Made by a program: the position numbers and the translations under genes. From Candidatus Poribacteria bacterium (GTDB lineage: Bacteria; Poribacteria; WGA-4E; PCPOR2b): a stretch of DNA of 64,000 nt. The number at the start of each line of letters is the position of its first letter. Position 1 is the first letter of the stretch. The notes under the pieces are model-generated. The model saw only the letters and a program-made list of their open reading frames with translations. It did no database searches and was not told the origin of the DNA. This document shows positions 9,068 through 18,569 of the stretch, piece after piece. The stretch is from contig OZ220744.1 of assembly GCA_965116925.1 (NCBI GenBank), forward strand, positions 1,408,001 through 1,472,000, given 5' to 3'.

Positions 9068-9862
9068 CTATCCTGTGTGAATTAAGCGTGACAGATATTG
9101 GTAAGCATCGGCGACGTACCGGGGCAGGTTTTCTGGATCTTCAACTTCTAACTCAACGGCAAGTGGGCCGCAGTAGTTGATGGCACGAAGTTCATGGATT
9201 AAGCCCGGCATATCAATTTCTCCCTGTCCAATCGGGACGGATTGAGAGCCGATGTGATCTTTCACATGGACGTTGTAGATACGGTCAGGGTATTTGCGGA
9301 TGAGCCCTTTCCAGTCTACACCTGCCTCGTGAAAATGTCCCGTATCAATCGTAATGCCGATTTGCTCCGTGGTGATATGGGCGAAGATTTCATCGTAATC
9401 CGTCTCATTTTGAAATTGAGATCCCACGTGCGGCTCCAACGCCACTTTCACGGGCAGGTCAGAAATTGCTTTAACAAGTTTGCCAAGCCCAGCGAGCGTA
9501 TGTTTCAAACCGTCAGTTTGTCGCTTACCTCCCGAAAACACAAGCAGTGGACACTTGAGTTTGACAGCTGCTTGAGCGTTAAACAGTAAATCTTCGACAC
9601 AACTTTCTGCTGCCTCGACGGAGTCGGTAGAAATCGCTGACGCGTAAACCTCTGTCAACCCTTTCAGTCCTGCTTCGGCTGCCTGACGCTGAAGTCCTTC
9701 TGTATCTAACCACCGGATAAGTCCAGGCGTCCAAGTGATTGGTCCCGCCAATCCCCAGTAAGTATACCCCGTCTTCGGTGCATGTTTGAACGTTTCCGAG
9801 ATTTCATCCAGAGGCGGATTTCGTAACGCGCAGGTTGTACAAGATAGAATTATTTCGCTCAT
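9068..9862 (-). CDS. Sugar phosphate isomerase/epimerase (AP endonuclease 2 TIM barrel)
   Basis: ALEPH, DTGH, HVKD, VELE metal-binding motifs. Confidence 0.88.
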   Translation of the reverse strand: MSEIILSCTTCALRNPPLDEISETFKHAPKTGYTYWGLAGPITWTPGLIRWLDTEGLQRQAAEAGLKGLTEVYASAISTDSVEAAESCVEDLLFNAQAAVKLKCPLLVFSGGKRQTDGLKHTLAGLGKLVKAISDLPVKVALEPHVGSQFQNETDYDEIFAHITTEQIGITIDTGHFHEAGVDWKGLIRKYPDRIYNVHVKDHIGSQSVPIGQGEIDMPGLIHELRAINYCGPLAVELEVEDPENLPRYVADAYQYLSRLIHTG

Positions 9863-9947
9863 AAGCTTTCCTTAAATTGATTAGGTTTGTGCTGAATTTC
9901 TGATTTTGACTTGCTTGTTCACCTATTTCTGGCGTTGCTGATTTCCG

Positions 9948-9975
9948 TTGACACCACCCGACAAATCTGTATAAT
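9948..9975 (+). promoter_or_regulatory. sigma70-like promoter of the PoK-PPS operon
   Basis: TTGACA-N16-TATAAT. Confidence 0.6.
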
Positions 9976-10043
9976 ATTCGGCGACAAATATGCTAAAATC
10001 ACTGAACCAATCTCAACGGAAACAAGGTTAAAACAGCGAAAAT

Positions 10044-10883
10044 ATGAAACAGGCGAAAGCATTCGCACCCGGCAACCTCTCTTGCGTATTCAAGATCATC
10101 CCTCACCCAGAAGCAACCAAGATGCACTCGCTCGGCATGGGGTTTACCATTACAGAAGGCGTTGTTGTAACGGTTACCCAGCATAGCAGCCAGACCACCG
10201 TCCAATTTAATGACAGCAAGATCCATTTCCCCACCGTTATATCAGTTGCCCAAAAATTGACACATCAACCAATGCAGGTAGAAATCCATTCTCCCCTACC
10301 GCTTGGATGCGGGTTTGGTTTGAGTGGAGCAGCTTCGCTCGCTACAGCGTACGCGCTTAATGCCCTACTAGGATTAGGCAAATCCGAAGAAGAACTAGCG
10401 ATGACCGCTCATGTGGCTGAAGTGGAGAATCGAACGGGTTTGGGAGATGTCTGCGCCCAATATCACGGTGGTTGTCTCGTTAAGTTAAAGATAGGCTATC
10501 CCCTCGCTGCGGAACGCCTACCGATTCCTGAACAACCAATCTACTACCGATATTTCAGCTCCATCCAGACGAAAACCATCCTCGAAAACACCGAGCGGAG
10601 AGAACGTATCAACAGAGCAGCAGATGAAACATTGCAAGCTTTAGAAAAGCTGACGAAATCGGATACGGTTGACTTTAACGCCTGTATTCAATTGTCCAAA
10701 CAGTTCTCTCTAAACAGCGGGCTGTTAGAAGATAAGCGTGTACAGGGAACCATCCGCGAAATCGAGGAGGGGGGCGGGGTTGCGTCTATGATTATGTTGG
10801 GAAATGCGGTATTTAGCACCCATCCTTTTGAAGGAGCGACCGAAACAACGCTGTCTGAAGGCGAAAAGGGGAGGCTATTATGA
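10044..10883 (+). CDS. pok: Pantoate kinase (archaeal-type GHMP kinase)
   Basis: AFAPGNLSCVF, PLGCGFGLSGA, AHVAEVENRTGLGDV, ASMIMLGNAVF; overlaps the PPS gene (ATGA). Confidence 0.88.
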   Translation: MKQAKAFAPGNLSCVFKIIPHPEATKMHSLGMGFTITEGVVVTVTQHSSQTTVQFNDSKIHFPTVISVAQKLTHQPMQVEIHSPLPLGCGFGLSGAASLATAYALNALLGLGKSEEELAMTAHVAEVENRTGLGDVCAQYHGGCLVKLKIGYPLAAERLPIPEQPIYYRYFSSIQTKTILENTERRERINRAADETLQALEKLTKSDTVDFNACIQLSKQFSLNSGLLEDKRVQGTIREIEEGGGVASMIMLGNAVFSTHPFEGATETTLSEGEKGRLL

Positions 10884-11617
10884 GCGATGTTCCTGAGAGC
10901 CATCCTCGGTATGCGTCGCTGAAACTGCGAGATGTCATTGTCGCCGGTGTGGAGAGTGGGGTGACCTCTATCCACGGCTTGATGGCGCATGGTCGTGGCG
11001 AAGCCTTCGACTACCTCATCGGCGAACAAACACAACCCTTTGCTATGGACGCAATTCGCGCCGGAGCAGCCACCCTTCTGCTTGCCGAACATCCCGTAAT
11101 CTCGGTTAATGGAAATGTTGCGGCATTAACGCCCGGTGAATTGGTGACGTTCGCAAACGTCCTCAAAGCCCCATTAGAGGTGAATATCTTCCACGCCTCG
11201 AAAGCACGGGAGGATGCGATACGAGAGCATCTCGCAAAACACGGGGCGGTTCGCGTTTTAATGCCTACAACGGAAGTGCAACTTTCGTTTATTGACTCAA
11301 ATCGGAAGTTCGTCCATCCAGAGGGAATTTTTCGCGCCGATGTGGTGTTCGTTCCTCTTGAGGATGGCGACCGCTGCGAAGCGTTGCGGAAGATGGGCAA
11401 AACAGTAGTGACAGTTGACCTTAACCCCATGTCTCGGACCGCTAAACAGGCAGGCGTAACCATTGTGGATAATGTGGTGCGAGCTTTGCCGCTGCTGATT
11501 CAGAAGGTTAAAAAGCTGCAAAAAGCATCTCCCTCTGAGTTAAGGAAAATAATCTCCGAATATAGCAACGACAAGGCTCTGCAAGCGGCAGTCCAATGGA
11601 TTCGCCGAGAGCGATAA
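10880..11617 (+). CDS. pps: Phosphopantothenate synthetase (4-phosphopantoate--beta-alanine ligase, archaeal type)
   Basis: VPESHPRYASL, AHGRGEAFDYLIGE, PVISVNGN, VPLEDGDRCEAL, DLNPMSRTA, VDNVVRA. Confidence 0.93.
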   Translation: MSDVPESHPRYASLKLRDVIVAGVESGVTSIHGLMAHGRGEAFDYLIGEQTQPFAMDAIRAGAATLLLAEHPVISVNGNVAALTPGELVTFANVLKAPLEVNIFHASKAREDAIREHLAKHGAVRVLMPTTEVQLSFIDSNRKFVHPEGIFRADVVFVPLEDGDRCEALRKMGKTVVTVDLNPMSRTAKQAGVTIVDNVVRALPLLIQKVKKLQKASPSELRKIISEYSNDKALQAAVQWIRRER

Positions 11618-11620
11618 ATT

Positions 11621-12637
11621 TTACGCTCCGCCAACCTCCTCATTTGCCCGTTTGACGAGTGCGTTCATGTAGGCGATAGTGTAGGCTGTTCCGCTTCGAT
11701 CTCCCACCATAGACGGAACGTGGTCTGGAATCGCAACGCCCTTGAAGTTTACCTCACGCATCACCTTCATCACTTGGTACATGTCCTGATAACCGTTGTC
11801 CACAAAGGTCTCGACAAAGTGCGGCAGCGGCTGGTCCACATTGCGGAAATGCACCTTAAAGACCTTGCCCCATTCGCCGAAGAAGCGCATGGATTCTAGG
11901 ACATCCTTGCCCATCAGCTCGCCTCCCTCTAGCCAACAACCGACACAGAGACACATACCAACGTTGGGACTGTCAGCGATTTCAAGGGCGCGTTTGTAAC
12001 CCTCAAAGCTGCTGAAGATACAACGTGGGATGCCCGCTAGCCTTGGCACAGGTGGGTCATCGGGATGGATGCCAATCATCACTCCGGCTTCCTCCGCCAC
12101 CGGCGCGGCTTCCTTGATGAAATGAGTGTAGTTATCCCAGATCTCCTGCTCCGAATATTCGCGTCCATGTGAGAGCGGCATCTGATAGGTCTTCTCTCGC
12201 CAATGTCCTTCTTGTGCTTTGTCTAGGTCAAATCCTCTCGCACTCGCACCGCCGCGGGTGGTTTCACGTTCTGTGCTCCAGATACCGTTGCCCATGTGAG
12301 CGTAGGTCGTGTACGGAATTCCGGCACGACCCAGATCGCGGATATACCGTTTGTACTGCTCGACTTTCGCATCACGGTTAGGCAAGTTCAGCACAATTGC
12401 GTCCTGATTGTGGACATCGCTGTTGCCGAAGCCGTAGATTTTTAATCCGGCGTTCTCGAAAATTTCCCGTCGGCTCATGAAGTAGTCGTAATTGGCGTGT
12501 TCGCCATCCGTCCAGAGTACCACATATTCGACCCCCATCTGCCTAGTGAATTGTAGATCCTCCTCGGTCGGTTCGGGGGACATCTGCGCGGTTACTTTGA
12601 TGCCCGGCTCGATGTTATCCATTGGGTGTTTTGCCAT
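11621..12637 (-). CDS. Mannonate dehydratase (UxuA) family protein
   Basis: HPDDPP, CVGCW, HFRNV, ETFVDNG, PDHVP motifs. Confidence 0.88.
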   Translation of the reverse strand: MAKHPMDNIEPGIKVTAQMSPEPTEEDLQFTRQMGVEYVVLWTDGEHANYDYFMSRREIFENAGLKIYGFGNSDVHNQDAIVLNLPNRDAKVEQYKRYIRDLGRAGIPYTTYAHMGNGIWSTERETTRGGASARGFDLDKAQEGHWREKTYQMPLSHGREYSEQEIWDNYTHFIKEAAPVAEEAGVMIGIHPDDPPVPRLAGIPRCIFSSFEGYKRALEIADSPNVGMCLCVGCWLEGGELMGKDVLESMRFFGEWGKVFKVHFRNVDQPLPHFVETFVDNGYQDMYQVMKVMREVNFKGVAIPDHVPSMVGDRSGTAYTIAYMNALVKRANEEVGGA

Positions 12638-12763
12638 GATTACATTCTCCTAGATGTGAAACGTGAAACGTAAAACGTGATAGATAGAGAAAAATTTCAT
12701 TTCATTGACTGTAACCCGGTTATTAGATTTTACTTTCAGAATTTCAGTCAGAATACTATTTTG

Positions 12764-13093
12764 ACATAAGTTGCTGGTAGTAGGCATATTGCTCTGAATC
12801 CCGATCCTATCGGGGATCCGTATACCGTAACTCTTGTGCATACGATAGGGCGATAGTGCTTGCCTGCCACTGTGGATAACACGTAGGTTGGGTTGAACGA
12901 AAACAGGCAAAAATCACAACCGTTACAACTCGATGCTGATGTACAATTCTCATTCAAATCTCAAAAATCGGAGTGAAACCCAACACTTGATGCTACCTAC
13001 AGAGCATCCATTTGGATAGGTGTTTGAGGTATCCGAATCAGATTTCTCAATTTCGTTCAACCCAACCTACGAATTATAACCGGCAACTTACGT
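12764..13093. mobile_element. MITE family E enclosing a REP doublet
   Basis: TIRs ACATAAGTTGCTGGT / ACCGGCAACTTACGT; flanks TATTTTG / TATTTTA; internal inverted pair CGTAGGTTGGGTTGAACGA...TCGTTCAACCCAACCTACG. Confidence 0.7.
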
Positions 13094-13129
13094 TATTTTA
13101 GCAGAAACCGAAGGTGGGGTCAATATCAA

Positions 13130-13244
13130 ATGGGTTTTAAGAAATTAAACGGGTAATTCTATATTTCCCCAGACCCGGTAGGTGCGGTTTGCAACCGCAC
13201 CGGACATCGCTCGGAAATTACCCAATTAATAAATTAATCTTCAT
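13130..13244. mobile_element. MITE family B copy (IS630-derived) with REP hairpin
   Basis: Right end ATTACCCAATTAATAAATTAATCTTCAT differs by 1 nt from the reverse complement of the IS TIR at 22426; internal GGTAGGTGCGGTT-TGC-AACCGCACC; flanks AATATCAA / TTGATATT. Confidence 0.75.
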
Positions 13245-13266
13245 TTGATATTTTCGCCGTGCTACT

Positions 13267-14160
13267 TCAATCAACATTCTGGAGAGGCACCAAACGCAGC
13301 GCATTTTGGTAAAAAATCTGGTTCGCCACCTCGTTAGGTAGTTCCAGTCCACCCAGAAATAGTTGTAGTGCCTGACCGTGTTGGTCACGACCAAAAAGTA
13401 AACGGTCTGCATAACGGGCAAGAAACTTCCGTGCATGGTCTATATCCCGCTGTAACGCACCTAGGCCTGATCCGGCAGACAGATCTGCGTAGAGGTTGGG
13501 ATAGGTATCAAGAAGTCGTTGTACCTGCCCCCCGGGTGTAATCGGTCCACGCGGGTATGTGGCCGGATCACTGTCGGCATCACCGCTGATATACCGCCAG
13601 AAACCGGGGGCATGACCGATGAAAATTGTTTCGGGGCACGCCTGCAAGGCACGTTCCAAAGGACCGACGCCACCACCGTACCAGTAAGTTTGGTAAACTT
13701 GCTTACCGTTCTCGTCCGGCAAATAAGGCACGTCCAGGTGTAACACCACTGGACACTTGAGTTCGCCAGCTTTGTGGAACAGTTCCAATGCGCGCGGGTC
13801 GTCCAACAACATGCGATAGCTCCACTCTCCACAGACCCGGACCCCGTGCATGTGATAGGCAGCTTCAAACAGTGCCGGTGCATCTCCTTCAGATGGGCAT
13901 GGACAATAGCCGGCGATAAAGCGATCCGTATATAGGTCTCGCGCATCTAGTAATTCATCTAACGTAGCACCTGCATGTGTGCCGTCCGGTCGGATATTGC
14001 AGGGGTTGAAGGCACGGCAACTGCCCGGCGCATTTTCCGCCGGTGGATGATACCAAGTTAGCAGCCAAGTTACATCAATCCCAAATTCATCCATTTCCGC
14101 GATCACCCCTGCGGGATTGAGACCGTGGTAGTATGCGTGTTGGTGTGAGTCAATAATCAT
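13267..14160 (-). CDS. Amidohydrolase family protein (Amidohydro_2)
   Basis: RBS GGAGG; MIIDSHQH, VLH, FIGH, DLSAGSG, LLFGRD. Confidence 0.88.
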   Translation of the reverse strand: MIIDSHQHAYYHGLNPAGVIAEMDEFGIDVTWLLTWYHPPAENAPGSCRAFNPCNIRPDGTHAGATLDELLDARDLYTDRFIAGYCPCPSEGDAPALFEAAYHMHGVRVCGEWSYRMLLDDPRALELFHKAGELKCPVVLHLDVPYLPDENGKQVYQTYWYGGGVGPLERALQACPETIFIGHAPGFWRYISGDADSDPATYPRGPITPGGQVQRLLDTYPNLYADLSAGSGLGALQRDIDHARKFLARYADRLLFGRDQHGQALQLFLGGLELPNEVANQIFYQNALRLVPLQNVD

Positions 14161-14339
14161 GTTGTCCTCCGTCCATTCTGGTTCCGGGTTGAAATGGAAT
14201 AAATGCCTGCATTGTGTCACTTTTTTGTTGTTCTAAAATTCCACCTGTGATAAGATGATAGCATAGTTGGAGTAAACTACCACCAAATTTTTCCCGCCGG
14301 TCCCTATTTTCATGGAGATTGGTCTTTTAGGAAATAAAC

Positions 14340-15293
14340 ATGAGAATACTGATCCATTTTTCCTTCGACGAAGCGCAGATCGAAACCTTCCAACAGATTG
14401 CACAAGAATATGGCGACCACGAAGTTTGCCACGCCACCAGTGAAGAAGAAGCCCTCCAGTTTGCATCTGAGACAGAAGTTATACTGGGGCTTTTCCTCCC
14501 CTCGGTTTGTGCGGCTGCCCCGAACCTACGTTGGATTCAATCCAATAGCGCGGGCATGGATAATTTTCTGTTCCCAGAAATCATTGAGAGAGATGATGTG
14601 ACAGTCACCAACATGGCAGGACTCTATGCAAGCCAAGGCGGTGAACACGCATGGGCACTGCTCCTATCCCTAGCACGAGGTATTCCGCATGTTATGGGCA
14701 GTGAGGGACGCCGTGCATGGCGGATGCCAGTGGTTGAACTGACAGGTAGTACCCTTGGTATTATCGGTTTGGGTGGCTTCGGTATGGAAATGGTGAAGCG
14801 GGCTCGCGGTTACGATATGGCGATCATAGCAATCGATCCGGTGCGCCAGGACAAACCGGACGAGGTCGCTGAACTGAAACCTGCAACGCGCGAAAATCTG
14901 CACGACCTACTTAGGCGTTCTGACTCCGTTATGCTCGCTTGTCCCAAAACCCCGGAGACCTATCATCTGATTGGAAACGAGGAACTCGCTGCGATGAAAC
15001 AGACCGCCTACCTAGTCAACGTCACTCGCGGCGGTATTATTGATGAAGATGCCCTCGTTAGTGCACTGAAGAATGGCGAGATTGCCGGTGCTGGCTTAGA
15101 TGTGACCGAAATTGAACCGCCCCCGCCAGAGAGTCCACTTTGGGATGCCCCTAACCTAATTATCACTCCGCACCGCGCGGGTTCCTCCCAACACCGTCCA
15201 CGTAAGACTTTTGAATTTTTCTGCGAGAACTTGGAACGTTACCTGAAAGGGGAACCGCTGCGGAACGTTGTCGGTAAGAGGCGTGGGTTCTAA
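14340..15293 (+). CDS. D-2-hydroxyacid dehydrogenase
   Basis: GLGGFG, NVTRGG, GLDVTEIEP, TPHRAG. Confidence 0.92.
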   Translation: MRILIHFSFDEAQIETFQQIAQEYGDHEVCHATSEEEALQFASETEVILGLFLPSVCAAAPNLRWIQSNSAGMDNFLFPEIIERDDVTVTNMAGLYASQGGEHAWALLLSLARGIPHVMGSEGRRAWRMPVVELTGSTLGIIGLGGFGMEMVKRARGYDMAIIAIDPVRQDKPDEVAELKPATRENLHDLLRRSDSVMLACPKTPETYHLIGNEELAAMKQTAYLVNVTRGGIIDEDALVSALKNGEIAGAGLDVTEIEPPPPESPLWDAPNLIITPHRAGSSQHRPRKTFEFFCENLERYLKGEPLRNVVGKRRGF

Positions 15294-15367
15294 TTGTCGC
15301 TTATTTTAACAGAATCTCAAAGGCGGATTAATATCCATTCAGAAAAGTTGTTGTATCCTGTTTCCTT

Positions 15368-15396
15368 TTGACAGCCTTGCGATACGGTGCTATAAT
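15368..15396 (+). promoter_or_regulatory. Consensus sigma70 promoter of the four-gene membrane operon
   Basis: TTGACA-N17-TATAAT with extended -10 TG. Confidence 0.8.
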
Positions 15397-15464
15397 CGCA
15401 GCTATTAATGATGTTCTCATCTATGGAAACAAACGCATCGCACCAAAAGACTGGAGGTTACAAT

Positions 15465-16361
15465 ATGAAAGGGCAAAGAATCTTTTGTCCATCCCCGGTG
15501 GTTCAAGGGTTAGTTATACTGGTTTTTGTGCTAGGGTGTGGCCTTAATGCCTTTGCACAAGAGGCAACTACAACCGAAGATACCCGATTGTTTGACACCG
15601 CCAAAATATGGATTTTTCTTGCTGTGATCCTGTACTCAGCCACAGTAGTCTATTGTATCTACCATGCTCGGAGTGGAAAGGAACTGTTTATCCGCCGTAT
15701 TCCCGGACTTGAAGCGGTGGATGAGGCGATTGGTCGAGCAACGGAGATGGGGCGTTCAATTATGTACATCCTCGGCCTGGGAGGGGTCAGCAATGTCGCA
15801 ACCATCGCGAGTATGAACATCCTCAGCCAAGTGGCACAGAAGACTGCGGATTATGAAACGCCGCTGCGAGTCCCGTGCAATGATCCCATTGTAATGAATG
15901 TAGTTCGGGAGATGGTGCGAACTGCTTATCTCAATGAAGGACGACCTGATGCCTACAATGAGGAGAACATCTTCTTCCTCACAGAAAGTCAATTCGCCTA
16001 TGCTGCGGGTGTTGATGGAATGATGGTTCGGGAAGAGCCGGCGGCGGTTTTTCTGCAAGGTTCGTTCTTCGCCGAATCGTTGATTTTGGCGGAAACCGGC
16101 AATTCCATCGGCGCAATCCAGATCGCGGGAACCGACAAGGAGCACCAACTACCGTTCTTCATCGCCGCGTGTGACTATACACTGATTGGTGAAGAACTAT
16201 ACGCAGCTAGCGCGTACTTATCCCGTGAACCGATGCTGCTCGGTAGTCTCAAGGGGCAAGATTACGGCAAGGTAATGATTTTTGGTGCTATCGTGATTGG
16301 CGTCATTCTCGAACTTTTCGGGATTACTTGGATGACGACCTTCTTCCAGCGAGTTAAGTAG
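15465..16361 (+). CDS. DUF6754-like membrane-anchored protein
   Basis: RBS GGAGG; signal peptide, TM, IRRIPGLEAVDEAIGRATEMGR...LIGEELYAASAYLS, C-terminal TM. Family name from recognition only. Confidence 0.75.
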   Translation: MKGQRIFCPSPVVQGLVILVFVLGCGLNAFAQEATTTEDTRLFDTAKIWIFLAVILYSATVVYCIYHARSGKELFIRRIPGLEAVDEAIGRATEMGRSIMYILGLGGVSNVATIASMNILSQVAQKTADYETPLRVPCNDPIVMNVVREMVRTAYLNEGRPDAYNEENIFFLTESQFAYAAGVDGMMVREEPAAVFLQGSFFAESLILAETGNSIGAIQIAGTDKEHQLPFFIAACDYTLIGEELYAASAYLSREPMLLGSLKGQDYGKVMIFGAIVIGVILELFGITWMTTFFQRVK

Positions 16362-16391
16362 CGTTTTACGTTTCACGCTTCAGGAGGTGTT

Positions 16392-17042
16392 ATGAGACGA
16401 CAAGTTCCGTTAATTCTTTGTTTCGCCTTTGGTATTGTGATGGCACTTACCGAATTTAGCCCGCACCCATTTTCTCAGGGGCTCAACAAGGAGGTCATCG
16501 ATTGGGCATTGGTTATCGGTCCATTCGCACTTGTACTAGCTGTCGCAACCTTGGTGCAGACCCACTGGGTCCGCATCCGTCGGCGTAGTGAATATTGGCA
16601 ATATAGCTTTCTGGTCTTCATTGGAATGATCGTTATGGTTGCGATTGGCATTCCGTTTGGTCAAAGGCATCCGGCTTTTGTGTGGATGTTTGAAAACGTG
16701 CAAGTGCCAATGGATGCAACGATGTTTTCACTTCTCGCATTTTTTATCGCCTCTGCTGCCTATCGTGCTTTTCGGGCCCGCACCCTTGAGGCGACCCTGC
16801 TACTTGCTGCGGCACTAGTTGTCATGATTGGGAATGCCCCCGTTGGGGATCTCATCTGGAACACGATAATGCCATTTGGAGATAACTTGCCTTCTGCAGC
16901 ACGGCAGTGGATTTTAGATAATCCGAATCTCTCCGCACGACGGGGGATTATTCTTGGCATCAGTCTCGGTGTGATTTCTCAGTCAATTCGTATCATCTTG
17001 GGTATTGAACGTTCATATCTCGGAGGCGTAGAAGGAGATTAA
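16392..17042 (+). CDS. Uncharacterised polytopic membrane protein (about 6 TM)
   Basis: RBS GGAGGT; hydrophobic helices; SLLAFFIASAAYRAFRART. Confidence 0.8.
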   Translation: MRRQVPLILCFAFGIVMALTEFSPHPFSQGLNKEVIDWALVIGPFALVLAVATLVQTHWVRIRRRSEYWQYSFLVFIGMIVMVAIGIPFGQRHPAFVWMFENVQVPMDATMFSLLAFFIASAAYRAFRARTLEATLLLAAALVVMIGNAPVGDLIWNTIMPFGDNLPSAARQWILDNPNLSARRGIILGISLGVISQSIRIILGIERSYLGGVEGD

Positions 17043-17045
17043 AAA

Positions 17046-17861
17046 ATGATCGAAAAACTAATGAACATAGATCGGCGAATTGTCTTCATTTTGGTTGCAT
17101 TGGCGGTGATCATTCCTTCCTTGCTGTCAGTCAGTTTTCCTATCACTGTTTCACAACCGACGCGTAGTACCTACGACTATATTGAAGCACTGCCCGCCGG
17201 TTCAACCCTCATGATTGGATTTAACTACGGTCCCTCGTCGTTAGCAGAACTCCACCCGATGGCAAAAGCGGTGATACACCACTGTTTTCGGAATAAGATT
17301 CGGATTATTGGCATGACGCTTCTGGCGGAAGGGGCAACGTTGGGAGATGGAATGTTGTCGGAGACCGCCGCCGAAGCGGGAGCGGTTTATGGTGAAGATT
17401 ACGTCTATCTGGGCTTTCGGCCGGGGGCAACACAGGTGCTCCTAGGAATGGGTACGGCAATTGATTCCGTTTTTGAAGCCGATTATGCCGAAACCCCACT
17501 CGCGGAAATTCCCATGATGACGGATATTAAAAATTATGATCAGATTGATCTGGTTCTCGATTTGGCATCGGGCAGCTCCACGGAATGGTGGATTGTTTAT
17601 ACAAACACAAGGTATAACCAGCAGATAGCCGCGGGTGTGACTGGTGTGATTGTGTCGCAAATGTACCCGTACTTACAGACAAAGCAGCTAATCGGTTTGA
17701 TGCCCGGCCTCTTAGGTGCTGCAGAGTATGAAAAGCTAATTGGGAAACCCGCAAAAGGAACCGAAGGCATGAGCATCCAATCCTTCGCACATCTACTGGT
17801 TGTCGGGCTTGTGATTCTAGGTAATATCGCCTTCTTTATCCAACGGCGTCAAGCTGAATAA
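17046..17861 (+). CDS. Uncharacterised membrane-anchored alpha/beta domain protein
   Basis: N- and C-terminal TM helices flanking a soluble domain; YVYLGF, PYLQTKQL, GLLGAAEYE. Confidence 0.8.
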   Translation: MIEKLMNIDRRIVFILVALAVIIPSLLSVSFPITVSQPTRSTYDYIEALPAGSTLMIGFNYGPSSLAELHPMAKAVIHHCFRNKIRIIGMTLLAEGATLGDGMLSETAAEAGAVYGEDYVYLGFRPGATQVLLGMGTAIDSVFEADYAETPLAEIPMMTDIKNYDQIDLVLDLASGSSTEWWIVYTNTRYNQQIAAGVTGVIVSQMYPYLQTKQLIGLMPGLLGAAEYEKLIGKPAKGTEGMSIQSFAHLLVVGLVILGNIAFFIQRRQAE

Positions 17862-17878
17862 AACAGGAGGTTTCATAC

Positions 17879-18529
17879 ATGACGGAATTGATTGGTACCT
17901 GGGTGGCTGCACTGCTTACACTCTGCATCTTTAGTTTTCTGTATCGAGATAATCCGTTTTACCGATTTGCGGAACACCTGTTTGTGGGGATCTCGGTGGG
18001 CTACGGTATTGTACTTACAATCCACCAAGGTTTTATACCGTTCGCGTGGAAGCCCATTGCACAAGCTGTCACGCAGCAACAGTGGGTTGGCTTGTTGAGG
18101 CTTATTCCAATCGGTATTGGCGCGTTATTCTTTACACGTCTTGCCCCGACACACGGGTGGTTAATTCGGTATCCAATTGCTATTCTCATCGGGGTAGGAT
18201 CCGGTTTAGCAATTCCAAATGTAATGCGAGCTGACATCTTTCAGCAGGTGCATGGGACGTTGGCTCCATTTGCACAGATTCATGCAGGCGAGTTAGGTCC
18301 GTTTCAAATCTTTGGTGTCATTCTTATGCTTATCGGTGTGATGTCAACGTTGACCTACTTCTTCTTTTCGGTCGAGCATCGAGGGGTGGTTGGTGGCGTT
18401 TCAAAGATTGGCATCGTCTTTCTAATGATTGGATTCGGTTCAGCATTCGGTAACACGGTGATGGGTCGTGTATCTCTGCTCATTCAACGGGTGGACTTCC
18501 TACTAGCCGATTGGCTACATCTGATTTAG
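17879..18529 (+). CDS. Uncharacterised polytopic membrane protein (about 6 TM)
   Basis: RBS AGGAGG; YRDNPFYRFAEHLFVG, FGSAFGNTVMGRVSLLIQR. Confidence 0.8.
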   Translation: MTELIGTWVAALLTLCIFSFLYRDNPFYRFAEHLFVGISVGYGIVLTIHQGFIPFAWKPIAQAVTQQQWVGLLRLIPIGIGALFFTRLAPTHGWLIRYPIAILIGVGSGLAIPNVMRADIFQQVHGTLAPFAQIHAGELGPFQIFGVILMLIGVMSTLTYFFFSVEHRGVVGGVSKIGIVFLMIGFGSAFGNTVMGRVSLLIQRVDFLLADWLHLI

Positions 18530-18569
18530 CCTCTGATAGACACAGCGTATGGCATAATGGGAGAAAATC

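Noticed and set aside
12656..12680. Heptamer tandem repeat (GTGAAAC/GTAAAAC), inverse at 16362-16377; short tandems near 59170 and 59537
   Set aside because: Only 2-4 units each with no evidence of function.
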